From the NCBI GenBank assembly GCA_963828735.1, contig CAWHFW010000002.1:416001-480000 (forward strand): a stretch of DNA of 64,000 nucleotides, read 5' to 3'. The position numbers and the translations under genes were made by a program. This document shows, piece after piece, positions 25,882 through 37,124 of the stretch (its first letter is position 1; each line of letters begins with the position of its first letter). The stretch is from an uncultured Gemmatimonadales bacterium. GTDB taxonomy: Bacteria > Gemmatimonadota > Gemmatimonadetes > Gemmatimonadales > GWC2-71-9. The notes beneath the pieces are model-generated. The model did no database searches and was not told where the DNA came from. It saw only the letters and a program-made list of their open reading frames with translations.

Positions 25882-26187
25882 TCAGCCGGCGACGAACGGC
25901 AGCGTAGGGACCTTCCGCATCTCGGCCTGCAGGAGGTCGGCCGCGCGACGCTGCGCCTCGGCCACCGCCGCCGTCACCAGGTCGCCGAGGAACTCGGCGT
26001 CGTGTCCTTCAAAGACGGCGGGGTCGATGACGACGGCATGCACGGTGCCGCGGCCATCGGCGGTGACACGCACCATGCCCCCGCCCGCCGTGGTCTCGAT
26101 CGTGCGCCCGGCGAGCTCGGACTGGAGTTGCTGCAGCCGGCCCTGCATCTGCTGGCCCAGCTGGAAGAGCTGCTGAAGATCTGCCAT
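25882..26187 (-). CDS. ybaB: YbaB/EbfC nucleoid-associated protein
   Basis: AGGGMVRVTADG, FLGDLVTAAV; canonical dnaX-ybaB-recR synteny. Confidence 0.9.
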   Translation of the reverse strand: MADLQQLFQLGQQMQGRLQQLQSELAGRTIETTAGGGMVRVTADGRGTVHAVVIDPAVFEGHDAEFLGDLVTAAVAEAQRRAADLLQAEMRKVPTLPFVAG

Positions 26188-26248
26188 GCTATCGGGTAGT
26201 CCGGCCATTGACCCGGCAAAGTAAAGGGACTGGGATTCCGCGGGCAAG

Positions 26249-27934
26249 CTAATCCACGATCTCCAAATCTAACGCATCGGCGGCAGTGTCGAGGCTCGGA
26301 TCCTTCGATCGAAAGCCCCGCAGCCGGTCGGCCTTGATGGTGGCCTCCGTGAGCTTGCGCGGGGCGGGTGCCGGGGTGCTCTCCCCAGGTGCCGCTTCGA
26401 CCACGCGGAGACGCGCCGGCACCCCGAGCGCCCGCTCGAGCACCTCCTCCACCGCTCGAGCCTGCGCCTGCAACCGCTCGGCGAACAAGGGGTTGGGCTC
26501 GGCGAGCTCGACGGTGAGCCAGGGGACCTCGAGCGCGATCGGCGTCGTGGCCGCCAGCGCCTCGCCCAGGAAGCGGCTCCGGGCCCGGACCTCCGCCACA
26601 AGCTCGGGCCACGCGACGCGAACCGCGTCCAGGGCGGCGGGTACGCGCTCGACGACCGACGTCGGTGCCGTCCCCGGCGACGGGCGAGGGGTGGCTGGGG
26701 CCGGGTTGGGAGTCGGGGCCGTGCTCGCCGGTGGTCCGGACGGCGCCGAACGGGGCACAGACGTAGGCTTCTGGGCCGGCGATCCACCCGTCCCCCCTGA
26801 GCCCGGTCCGGTGCCGAGCACCTGGGCGAGGTCCACGATCCGGTCCAGCATGGTCCACCGGAGCAGCAAGGTCTCGACGATCAGGCGGGGATTGGCGCTC
26901 CGGCGGATGGCTGTCTCGCTGTCGGCGAGCAGCCGGAGCATCCGGAGCACGTCACCCGCCTCCAGCCGGTCGCGATAGGATGCGAGCGAGTGCCGCATGG
27001 CCTCCGTCAGCCCCTCCGGCTCGTTACCGAGCTGCACCATCAGGAGGGCCCGCAAGGTCTCACCCGCCCCACCCATGAACTCCGCCAAGTCGGCGCCCGC
27101 GTTGACCAAACGGTCCACCAGCGGGAAGACGCCGGCCGGCTGCCGCTCCACCACGAGCGCCAGGATCTCGGCGTAGAGCTCGTCGCCCACCAGCCCGAGG
27201 ACCTCGCGCACCCGTTCGGCCGTGACCGCCCCTTCCCCGAAGCTCAGACACTGATCCAACACGCTCAGCGCGTCGCGCATGCCGCCGTCGGCGTGCCGAG
27301 CGATGAGCGTAAGGGCGTCGTCGTCCGCAGCGATGCCTTCCGCATCGAGCACCTGCCGCATCCGGTCCCGGATCGCGGCCGGACCGATCCGCCGGAAATC
27401 GAACCGCTGGAGCCGCGACAGCACCGGCGCCGCGGCGGCGGCGATCTTCTGCGGCTCGGTGGTGGCGAAGACGAACACGACGCGCGGCGGCGGCTCCTCG
27501 AGCACCTTGAGGAGTGCGTTCCATGCCTCACGGGTCAACATGTGGGCCTCGTCCACGATGTAGACCTTGTAGTGGCCTTCGCGCGACGCGGCGTACATCG
27601 CGCGCTCCCGGAGGTCCCGGGCGTCGTCCACGCCGCGGTTGCTGGCGGCGTCGATCTCCACCACATCGAGATTGGCCGTGCCGCTCCAGACCCGGGTGCA
27701 GTTCTCGCACTCGCCGCAGGGATCACCCTCGGCGTCGCGGTTCGGGCAGTTGAGCGCCATGGCGAGGATGCGGGCGGCGGTGGTCTTTCCGACCCCGCGC
27801 GGACCGGTGAGCAGGTAGCCGTGTCCGACGCGGCCGCGAGCGACGGCGCCCCGCAGGACGGCCGCGACGTGGTCCTGAACGAGCAGGTCGGCGAATCGCT
27901 TGGGACGGTAGCGGCGTGCGAGCGCGATGGTCAT
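26249..27934 (-). CDS. dnaX: DNA polymerase III subunit gamma/tau
   Basis: ALARRYRP, GPRGVGKTT, EIDAASNRGVDD, IVDEAHML, ALLKVLEEPP. Confidence 0.96.
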   Translation of the reverse strand: MTIALARRYRPKRFADLLVQDHVAAVLRGAVARGRVGHGYLLTGPRGVGKTTAARILAMALNCPNRDAEGDPCGECENCTRVWSGTANLDVVEIDAASNRGVDDARDLRERAMYAASREGHYKVYIVDEAHMLTREAWNALLKVLEEPPPRVVFVFATTEPQKIAAAAAPVLSRLQRFDFRRIGPAAIRDRMRQVLDAEGIAADDDALTLIARHADGGMRDALSVLDQCLSFGEGAVTAERVREVLGLVGDELYAEILALVVERQPAGVFPLVDRLVNAGADLAEFMGGAGETLRALLMVQLGNEPEGLTEAMRHSLASYRDRLEAGDVLRMLRLLADSETAIRRSANPRLIVETLLLRWTMLDRIVDLAQVLGTGPGSGGTGGSPAQKPTSVPRSAPSGPPASTAPTPNPAPATPRPSPGTAPTSVVERVPAALDAVRVAWPELVAEVRARSRFLGEALAATTPIALEVPWLTVELAEPNPLFAERLQAQARAVEEVLERALGVPARLRVVEAAPGESTPAPAPRKLTEATIKADRLRGFRSKDPSLDTAADALDLEIVD

Positions 27935-27953
27935 TGGGCGGAGGGAAAAGAAA

Positions 27954-28055
27954 GTGCCTCAGGCTCCCCGAAGCGACACCGGGCATCGCTTAGCGCTGCT
28001 ACCGGCGAGGTCCTGACGCGGTTCACGCGCCGGCGCCCTTCGGACCTGAGGCACC
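27954..28055 (-). ncRNA. ffs: Small bacterial signal recognition particle RNA (4.5S)
   Basis: Minus strand reads GGTGCCTCAGG...GAACCGCGTCAGGACC-TCGCC-GGTAGCAGCGCTAAG...CCTGAGGCAC: terminal stem plus conserved CAGG/AGCAG internal loop; directly upstream of dnaX; TATATT -10-like box at ~28059-28064. Confidence 0.88.
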
Positions 28056-28089
28056 AGCAATATATACCGCCACCGGCGCCGAGGGAACT

Positions 28090-28596
28090 CTATTTGGCGG
28101 GTGGAGGCGGCTGGTTGGAGCTGTACATGTCCACCGCGTATTGCCAGCGGCCGTCGCCCTGGCGGCGGAGCACCTCGACAAATTTGCCCTCTTCGTGGAA
28201 AGCCCGGGCTCCGGCTGCCTTGGGTGTGGCGTCCAGTGTGTAGTGCCCCCGGGCATACGCCAGGTCACCCCGGCCCTCGATCTCGTCCGCGCTCGCCGCC
28301 AGGGTCACCTGGTAGGCATCCAAGAAGGCCTTCCAGAATTTCTGGATCGCCTCCCGCCCTTCGATGGGTGGCGCATTGGGCGGCAACAGGTGGGCGTCCG
28401 GCAGGTAGGTCGCGGCAACCCCGGCAGCGTCGCCCGCGCTGACCGCCCCGGCGAAGGTCGAGTCGGCGGCGCGGATCGCGGCGATGTCGGCGGCGGCGAG
28501 CAGCGGGCCGCCGCCATCGTCACTCGGCGCACGCTCCGCAGGAGCGGGGCTGCAGCCTGCTACCAAAACCAGGGCGAGACCGATCGGGCGAAGCAT
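28090..28596 (-). CDS. NTF2/SnoaL-like (DUF4440-type) lipoprotein
   Basis: Lipobox LVAGC; GDAAGVAATY..DA.LLPP..P.IEGREAI; GDLAY; GKFVEVLRRQGDGRW. Confidence 0.8.
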   Translation of the reverse strand: MLRPIGLALVLVAGCSPAPAERAPSDDGGGPLLAAADIAAIRAADSTFAGAVSAGDAAGVAATYLPDAHLLPPNAPPIEGREAIQKFWKAFLDAYQVTLAASADEIEGRGDLAYARGHYTLDATPKAAGARAFHEEGKFVEVLRRQGDGRWQYAVDMYSSNQPPPPAK

Positions 28597-28631
28597 GGGA
28601 CCTCCCGCTCGAGAGGCGGCTGGCCCACGGG

Positions 28632-29570
28632 TCAGCCGAGGATGATGCGTTGCCGCTGCTGCATCCGGCGCAGCTCCCAGGTCTCGGCAACCACGCCGCC
28701 GAGGAGGAAGACGATGGCCGTGTAGTAGATCCACAGAATGAACAGGACCGCGGCGCCGATGTTGGCATCGCCGACCGCACTTTCCACCGACGCGAAGTGC
28801 GCCAGATACAGCCCGTACAGGCGCTTGGCGACCTCGAACAGCACAGCGGTGAAGCTGGAGGCCAGCAGGGCGGTCCGCCAGGGGAGCCGGCGGAGCGAGG
28901 CATAGCGGTAGGTGACGTAGAAGAGCGAGATCGAGAAGGCGAACGCCACCAGCTCGCCCAGCAGGCGGCCTATGGTCGAGAAGAAGAACGCGAACTGCGG
29001 AATCACGCGCTCGGAGCCTCTGGCCCAGGCGATGGTCACCAGGGTGCTGAAGGCGGTATTGACCAGGAAAAGGAACACGGTGGCCACCACCATTGAGATG
29101 TCCCGCGCCTTGGCCGCCACCCAGGTCAGCACGAAGTGCCGCGGCGCCGCCGGTCGCGCCGAGACGTCATAGATGTCGTTCAGGGAGGTCCGCACGCCCG
29201 CGAAGAGGCGAGTGCTGAACCAGATGAACGCGGGCACCGCGTAGAGCGAGATCTGCCCGCGGTTCTGGCTGACTCCGATGAGCAGCCGCTCGACGAGCGC
29301 GAAGGGATCACGGCCAGGCGCCGAGGTGTGCGGAGGAAAGAAGCGATGAAACAGCGCGGTCGGATTGACGGCCGGCCCGCCCGCGACGGCCTGCGCGAGA
29401 TGCGTCAGTCCGATGAGCACGAGGAGGACGAACGGCACGGCCGCCAGGAGCGCGTCGAACGTCAGCGCGCTCGCCAAGAACGGGATGTTGTTTTCGTCGG
29501 CGGCCTGCAGGGTACGGCGAAGGAAGCCGGCGGGCGTCCGGTGCCACCCGCCGGGCCGGAGCCGCTTCAG
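28632..29570 (-). CDS. YihY/BrkB family membrane protein
   Basis: ASALTFDALLAAVP, FEVAKRLYGLYL, LFILWIYY..IVFLLG; start inferred as CTG overlapping the upstream TGA. Confidence 0.8.
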   Translation of the reverse strand: MKRLRPGGWHRTPAGFLRRTLQAADENNIPFLASALTFDALLAAVPFVLLVLIGLTHLAQAVAGGPAVNPTALFHRFFPPHTSAPGRDPFALVERLLIGVSQNRGQISLYAVPAFIWFSTRLFAGVRTSLNDIYDVSARPAAPRHFVLTWVAAKARDISMVVATVFLFLVNTAFSTLVTIAWARGSERVIPQFAFFFSTIGRLLGELVAFAFSISLFYVTYRYASLRRLPWRTALLASSFTAVLFEVAKRLYGLYLAHFASVESAVGDANIGAAVLFILWIYYTAIVFLLGGVVAETWELRRMQQRQRIILG

Positions 29571-29971
29571 GCGAGCGGCTCCTCGAGGTCGCCCACGGCG
29601 CGGCGGCGGGCGCGCGACTCGGCGAGCCGGCGCTCCAGCTCGTCCCGCGCGCTGCCGCTCGAGGCCCGCGGCCGGAGCGGCGGCGGCTCGCCGAGATCGT
29701 CGAGCTCGTCCTCGTCGTCGTCGGTCAGGTCCTGGAGCGCCTCCCGGCCGCTCGAGAACTGCTGGGCAAGCTCGTCCAGCTTCTCTTCGGTGACGGCCCG
29801 GAGCTTCCACAATTTCCGCTGCAAGACCCGGCGGGTCTCCTCACCGGTGCGCGGCGCGTAGAGCAAGGCCAGGCCCGCACCAAGCACCGCTCCCCAGAAC
29901 AACCACTTGGCGGAGGCGTCGCCCCCGCGCTCGACATACACGACCTCGCGACCGCCTTTGCGTCGTACCAT
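29567..29971 (-). CDS. YtxH domain protein
   Basis: GAVLGAGLALLYAPRTGEETR signature. Confidence 0.85.
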   Translation of the reverse strand: MVRRKGGREVVYVERGGDASAKWLFWGAVLGAGLALLYAPRTGEETRRVLQRKLWKLRAVTEEKLDELAQQFSSGREALQDLTDDDEDELDDLGEPPPLRPRASSGSARDELERRLAESRARRRAVGDLEEPLA

Positions 29972-29980
29972 TCGTTCCTC

Positions 29981-31399
29981 CTATTCCCCCGCGTCGGGAT
30001 CGTCCTCGGCCGCGACCAGCGCCGGCCGGAGCGCCGCGTGGTGCTGCATCGGCGCCTGGACGAAACGATTGATGTCCTTCTCGGTACCGTTGACGTTGAG
30101 CTGCTCGAACAGGAAGGCGAACGTGCGCTCCAGATCCGCGGCGATGGCCGCGCGGACGTCCTCATCAAGCGACCAGAAGTCGCGCTTGAACGGCCCGATC
30201 GCCTTCTTCCGGGCCTTGTAGTAGAACTGCTCGTCGGTATCGCCGCTCTTCCGCTCGCTCGCGGCGTTCTCGTCGAGCCAGCGCCGTACGCGATCCCGCA
30301 GGTCGGTCGGGAGCCTGGGGTGATCGAGTACGATGTTCTGGAAGTTGGTGGCGAGGTGAATTTCCGCCGTCTCGATGCGGGGAAAATTGCCGAAGGCGTT
30401 CGGCGGCAACGTACTGGCGCCGTGCTGCACCGCGCCGGCCAGCCCGTACTCCTCGCGCGCCGCCTTGGAGAGGGCGGCCAGCGCCTGGAGGTCGAGCTTC
30501 ACATCCGCGATCGAGCCGTCCGGCAGCACCACACCCCCATGGGACGTGCCGGTCTGAACCGAGATCTTGCTGATGCCGGTGAGCTTCCCGCCCCGCCCGG
30601 CCAGCGAGCGGACATAGCCCTTCATGAAGGCGTGCAGCTCCTCCACGGTGCTGTTCTTCATGCCGACTTCGCCGATCTCGGCACCCACGGAGACGGTGAC
30701 GCCGTCGGGCTCGTGCGCGCGGATGAAGGCGGTGATATCGGCGGCGCGCTCGAAGTTGAGCCGCTGCTGCGCGTCGAGGCCTTCGTGCGAGAGATCCACC
30801 AGCGTCGAGGTGTCGACGTCGACGTTGTAGAACCCCGCGCCGATTTCCTCGGCGACGAGCTTCTTCACCTCGCCGACTTCGCCTTCCGGATCGCTCTGGT
30901 ACTTCTTCTGGTTGACCTGGCAGTGGTCACCCTGGATGAACAGCGGAAGAACGTAGCCTTCGCGCAGCGCCGCGGCGATCAGCACCGCGACATACTCCGC
31001 GGGACGCTGGTCGGTGTAGGCGATCTCGGACCGGGCGATCTCGAGCAGGATCGCGCCGGCCTTGCCCGTTCGGGCGGCGCGGAAGACGGCGCGCGCCGTA
31101 TCGTACGCCATCATGCGGACGTTGATGGCGGGAACCGTGAATCCGCTCACGTCGCCCCGTCCACGCGCTTCGTAGAGTCCCTGGATCGACGCGGGCCGGG
31201 CGCCCGTCACCTGCCCCAGCTCCCACAGAAGCCACCGGGCCGCCTCCTTGGCGTCGCCGGACCCGAATACCGCCTGCCAGACCAGGCGATCGGTCGCGGG
31301 GCCGCGGAGCCGCGCCGGATCGCGTACCGTCACGCCTCCGGGCACCTGCGTCACGGCTCCGTCAAACAACCCGATCGCCCGTTGGATCTCGTCGGCCAT
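29981..31399 (-). CDS. fba: Class II fructose-bisphosphate aldolase-like protein (long form)
   Basis: FTVPAINVR, FIQGDH, GAEIGEVG, GTSHGG, VQHGAST; adjacent to pgi and pyk. Confidence 0.8.
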   Translation of the reverse strand: MADEIQRAIGLFDGAVTQVPGGVTVRDPARLRGPATDRLVWQAVFGSGDAKEAARWLLWELGQVTGARPASIQGLYEARGRGDVSGFTVPAINVRMMAYDTARAVFRAARTGKAGAILLEIARSEIAYTDQRPAEYVAVLIAAALREGYVLPLFIQGDHCQVNQKKYQSDPEGEVGEVKKLVAEEIGAGFYNVDVDTSTLVDLSHEGLDAQQRLNFERAADITAFIRAHEPDGVTVSVGAEIGEVGMKNSTVEELHAFMKGYVRSLAGRGGKLTGISKISVQTGTSHGGVVLPDGSIADVKLDLQALAALSKAAREEYGLAGAVQHGASTLPPNAFGNFPRIETAEIHLATNFQNIVLDHPRLPTDLRDRVRRWLDENAASERKSGDTDEQFYYKARKKAIGPFKRDFWSLDEDVRAAIAADLERTFAFLFEQLNVNGTEKDINRFVQAPMQHHAALRPALVAAEDDPDAGE

Positions 31400-31593
31400 G
31401 TCTCGACACCCTCGTGATTTCAGAGGCTCAGCACGTTGGTAAAGGTAGGCCGGGACGTGAAGAGCGTCAAACAATCCGGCGGGTCGAAGCTCCTGCCGCA
31501 GCCGGAGCGTGCGGCTTCCGTCCGCAACCGGCGTTCCTTGCCCCACGAGCCCGGCTCACCGTCGACCTGCCGAAGCGTGGCAGCGACCGGGGC

Positions 31594-33000
31594 TCACACG
31601 ATGTCGGAATCCTGCCCCTGCGCGGGCTGGGCGTGGGCCTCGTAGCCGGGTCGTCCCATCGCCGCATAGGTGAGCTGCTTGCCAAGTTCGACACCGGGCT
31701 GATCGAACGGATCGATTCCGTAGAAGACGCCGCCATACCCGGTCGCGATCTGGAAGAACATCACAGCCTCGCCGAACGTGTCGGCATTCAGCTTCGGCAA
31801 CCGGAGGGTGCAGCTCATGCGCCCCATCTGCGCCAGCGCGGTCGCCGTGGCCTCGTACTCGGCCCGCAACAACGCGCCGAGGGAGTGGCCTGACAGGTAC
31901 GCGAGGTCGGCGGGCAGTGGGGCGATTCCGGGGATGTCTTCCGGCGGCGGCGGGATGGGCACGTCGTCGCCGAGGTCGTCCACGACGACGAACGTGATCA
32001 CCTTGTCGAAGGGTCCTTCCATGAACAGCTGGACCTGGCTGTGCTGATCGGTGGCGCCCACGGCTGCCACGGGCGTGGGCCCGCTGTGCACTTCCCCGCC
32101 CTCACGGCTCACGCGCTTGCCCAGGCTTTCGGCCCAGAGCTGCCGATACCACTCGGCGAACTCGCGCAGCCGGTCGGTGTAGGGCATCACCACGTGGATG
32201 CGGGCGCCGAGATCGGCGTCGGCGGCCCAGTGAAGGGCGGCGTACAGTGCCGCGGGATTCGCGCGGAGGTCGTCCGCCTCGGCGCGCGCGACCGCGCGGG
32301 CGGCGCCGGCCAGCAGCGCTGAGATGTCCACGCCGACCAGGGCCGCGGGCAGAAGCCCGACCGGCGAGAGCACGCTGAATCGGCCACCGACGTCCGGCGG
32401 CACGCTGAGCGTCGCGATGCCGTCGCGCGCGGCGATCTCGCGGAGCGCGCCCCGCGCCGGGTCGGTCGTGAATACCAGATGACGGTGCGCGGCGCCGCCC
32501 AGCGCGTCCTCGAGCCATGCGCGCACGACGAGATACTGCGCCATCGTCTCCGCGGTGCCGCCCGACTTGCTGATGACGTTCACCAGCACCCGACGCGGAT
32601 CGATGCGGCGGAGCGCCGCACCCACCGTCGTCGGATCGACGTTGTCGAGGACCGTGAGCCGCGGGAAGAACTCCCGCCCCTCGTCGTCCCACTCGTTCCA
32701 CGCCGGGCGTCGAAGCGCGGTGAGCAGCGCCCTGACGCCGAGCGCCGAGCCGCCGATGCCGAGAACGAGCACGTGGTCGTACGCCTGCCCGACCCCCTCG
32801 GCGAACTGGGTGATCTCGCGGACCTGGCCCGCCTGATCGACGAGCTTGTAGAAGCCGTACTCGCCGGCGGCCCGACGGCCGCGGACCTCCGCCTGCACGG
32901 CGCCGAACCGCGCGGCCAGCGCGTCGAGACGCGCGCGCGGAAGCCCGTGAACCCCGTCGAGCGCGTCCTGCAACATCCGCCCGTAGGCCAGCCTGATCAC
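31594..33000 (-). CDS. pgi: Glucose-6-phosphate isomerase
   Basis: GIGGSALG, ISKSGGTAET, VGGRFSVLS, QLWAESLGK, DQHSQVQ, FDQPGVELGK. Confidence 0.95.
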   Translation of the reverse strand: MIRLAYGRMLQDALDGVHGLPRARLDALAARFGAVQAEVRGRRAAGEYGFYKLVDQAGQVREITQFAEGVGQAYDHVLVLGIGGSALGVRALLTALRRPAWNEWDDEGREFFPRLTVLDNVDPTTVGAALRRIDPRRVLVNVISKSGGTAETMAQYLVVRAWLEDALGGAAHRHLVFTTDPARGALREIAARDGIATLSVPPDVGGRFSVLSPVGLLPAALVGVDISALLAGAARAVARAEADDLRANPAALYAALHWAADADLGARIHVVMPYTDRLREFAEWYRQLWAESLGKRVSREGGEVHSGPTPVAAVGATDQHSQVQLFMEGPFDKVITFVVVDDLGDDVPIPPPPEDIPGIAPLPADLAYLSGHSLGALLRAEYEATATALAQMGRMSCTLRLPKLNADTFGEAVMFFQIATGYGGVFYGIDPFDQPGVELGKQLTYAAMGRPGYEAHAQPAQGQDSDIV

Positions 33001-33770
33001 GGCACCTCCACGGTGAGTCCGTCGTACGCCGGAAGGATGCCCGGCGGCAACTGGGCGGCGAGCTCCGCGTGCCCGGTTTCATGCGTCAGATGGGTGAGAT
33101 AGGTGCGGCGGGCGCCGAGGGCCTGCGCGGTTTCGACCGCCTCTCCGATGCTCAGGTGCGTCGGGTGCGGGCGCCACCACAGCGCGTTGAGCACGAGCGT
33201 GTCGAGGCCGGCGAGATGGCGCCGCTCCGCGGGGTCCACGGCTTTCACGTCGGTGAGGTAGGCCAGCGCGCCGACTCGATATCCGTACACCCGGAGATTG
33301 CCGTGGCGGAACGCCAGCGGCAGCACCTCGATGCCGGCCACCTGGACGGCGCGGCCGGGCTCGATCGCGTGCAGTTCCAGCTCGGGCTTCGAGGTCCCCT
33401 CGTACGGGCGCACCTCGTCGAAGATGTAGCTGAAGCAGCGGCGCAGACGATCGAGCGTTTCGGGCGGGCCGTACAGCGGCAACGCACGCCGCTGGCGCAT
33501 CGAGAAGACGCGTAGATCATCGATGCCGTTCGTGTGATCGGCGTGCTCGTGCGTGTACAACACCGCGTCCACGTGCGTCACGCCGCTGGCGATGAGCTGC
33601 AGACGCAGCTCCGGCGGCGTGTCGATCAGGATCACCGACTCTCCCACCTCGATCACCGCGGCCGACCGGGTGCGCTTGTCGCGCGGGTCGGCCGATCCAC
33701 AGACGGCACACGGGCAGCCGATCTGGGGCACGCCGAACGACGTGCCCGTGCCGAGAAAGGTGAGCCGCAT
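32997..33770 (-). CDS. MBL-fold metallo-hydrolase (PhnP/YycJ-like)
   Basis: LGTGTSFGVP..GC.C..C, THEHADH, THLTH, AYDG. Confidence 0.88.
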   Translation of the reverse strand: MRLTFLGTGTSFGVPQIGCPCAVCGSADPRDKRTRSAAVIEVGESVILIDTPPELRLQLIASGVTHVDAVLYTHEHADHTNGIDDLRVFSMRQRRALPLYGPPETLDRLRRCFSYIFDEVRPYEGTSKPELELHAIEPGRAVQVAGIEVLPLAFRHGNLRVYGYRVGALAYLTDVKAVDPAERRHLAGLDTLVLNALWWRPHPTHLSIGEAVETAQALGARRTYLTHLTHETGHAELAAQLPPGILPAYDGLTVEVP

Positions 33771-33773
33771 GTC

Positions 33774-35237
<1,464 letters not shown>

Positions 35238-35261
35238 GGAAGGGAGTTTAATGCCGGCTCG

Positions 35262-36833
35262 TCAGCCCTGCATCACGACCTCGCCACGCACCACGGTGAG
35301 GCACGCCCGGCCGGCGCGAACGGCCTCGCCGGAGCCGCGCTCGACTGCGGGATCGAACGACCACGCGACCAGATCGGCATCCCACCCGGGACTCAGCCGT
35401 CCGGCGCGCTCCGCCCATCCGCCGGCGTGGGCCGCGCCGACCGTGTAGGCGCGCACCGCGTCCTCGAACCCGAGCTTTTCGTCGGCGCGCCACCCACCTC
35501 GGGGGGAGCCCGTGTCGTCCCGGCGCTCGAGCGCCGCGAAGAGGCCCTCCCGCGGGTCGATCGAGGCGACGGGCACGTCGCTCCCGAAGACCAGCGCGGT
35601 TCCACGGCGGCGCAACGTCTCGAACGCGTAGGCCCCGCGGCCGCGCGAGCCCCAGTGCCGCTCCACCAGCGGGATGTCGGTGAGCAGATGCGCCGGTTGC
35701 ATCGACACGACGAGCGCCGCCCTGGCCGCGCGGTCCAGGTCGTCCGGATGGACGCACTGGAAATGCTCGATGCGATGGGGGATGGTGACACGGGGCAATG
35801 CCACCATCAGGTCCAGCGCGCGTCGCACCGCCGCATCGCCGATGGCGTGCACCACGGCCGCGATGCCGGCGTCCGCCGCCGCGCGCATCGCGCGCGCCGC
35901 CTCGTCCTCGGTCGTGATCGGCATGCCGCGGTCACGGGTGCCTTCGTACGGCCCGAGCATCCACGCCGTTCGACTGCCGAGGCTGCCGTCGAGAAACATC
36001 TTGACCCCGCCGATCCGGAGCCATTCGGAACCTGTCCCGCTGCGAACACCCCGCCGCACCAGGGAGGGAAGCGACGTGACGGGGGGATGAAACAAGACCC
36101 GCAGCCGGAGCGCGTCGGCCGCCTCGAGGCGCTCGAACGCCGCCAGGGCCGCGTCGGTCTCCACGTCGTGAATGCCCGTCACGCCCAGGCGATGTGCCTC
36201 GGTCTGAGCCTCGCGCAGCGCCTCGTCAAGCAACTCCGCAGGCGGCTCCGGCAGATAAGGCAGCATCAGCTCGACGGCGCGCTCGAGCAGGAGCCCGGTG
36301 GGCTCGCCGGCCGCGTCGCGCACGATGCGCCCACCGAATGGATCGGGTGTCGCGCGGGTGATTCCCGCCCGGGCCAACGCCGCGCTGTTGACCCAGGCGG
36401 CGTGGACGTCCAACGAGTCGAGATAGACGGGGGCCGCCTGCACCGCATCCAACGCCAGTCGATCGGGCGTCCGAACCCATTCGTTCGCGTCCCAGCCCTG
36501 ACCCACGATCCACCCCTGCACCGGTCGCGCGGCCGCCACGCGCCGCAGGGCCTCCTCGCGAGACTCCGCACCGGCGAGCTGAACGTGCCGACGATTCATC
36601 GCCCACATGGCGAAGTGGGTGTGCCCGTCCACGAAGCCGGGGGTGACGAGCGCACCGGGAAACTCGAACAATGGAGTGCCTTCGGGGACCATCGGCGCGA
36701 CCGCGGAAGCCGGTCCCACCGCCTCGATGCGCCCGCCACGCCACCAGATCGAGTCGCCCGAAACGCTCGGATCGAACGTGAAGATGCGACGCGCCCTCAG
36801 GAAACCAGAAGCGGTCGGATCAGGCGCCTTCAT
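35262..36833 (-). CDS. Amidohydrolase_3 family metallo-hydrolase
   Basis: [40 protein letters not shown]. Confidence 0.9.
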   Translation of the reverse strand: MKAPDPTASGFLRARRIFTFDPSVSGDSIWWRGGRIEAVGPASAVAPMVPEGTPLFEFPGALVTPGFVDGHTHFAMWAMNRRHVQLAGAESREEALRRVAAARPVQGWIVGQGWDANEWVRTPDRLALDAVQAAPVYLDSLDVHAAWVNSAALARAGITRATPDPFGGRIVRDAAGEPTGLLLERAVELMLPYLPEPPAELLDEALREAQTEAHRLGVTGIHDVETDAALAAFERLEAADALRLRVLFHPPVTSLPSLVRRGVRSGTGSEWLRIGGVKMFLDGSLGSRTAWMLGPYEGTRDRGMPITTEDEAARAMRAAADAGIAAVVHAIGDAAVRRALDLMVALPRVTIPHRIEHFQCVHPDDLDRAARAALVVSMQPAHLLTDIPLVERHWGSRGRGAYAFETLRRRGTALVFGSDVPVASIDPREGLFAALERRDDTGSPRGGWRADEKLGFEDAVRAYTVGAAHAGGWAERAGRLSPGWDADLVAWSFDPAVERGSGEAVRAGRACLTVVRGEVVMQG

Positions 36834-37124
36834 GCGACCGAAAGGGCCTGGACGGGCGGTTTCCACATGTTGAAAACTCGGCCAAGTGCATATCTGGATT
36901 CGGGGAAATCGGGCAGGAAAAGGATCACGTGACGGCAAGAATCTGCTTCATATCGATCCGCCAACATGCTGCCAATACTACTGATAGTCGCTACCAGATT
37001 ACTAGACCTCGAACAAGGCGACAGAGTCGCGATGGTCCCATTATTTATTCAGATCAAGCGATTATGAACATCTTCGACATGGACGCTGCTGCACGTTCCT
37101 GCGTTGGTGGTGGGGAGCCGAAGA

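Noticed and set aside
26249..27934. Programmed -1 frameshift or slippage site in dnaX
   Set aside because: No A-AAA-AAG heptamer or long A/T run seen in the Pro/Ala-rich linker.
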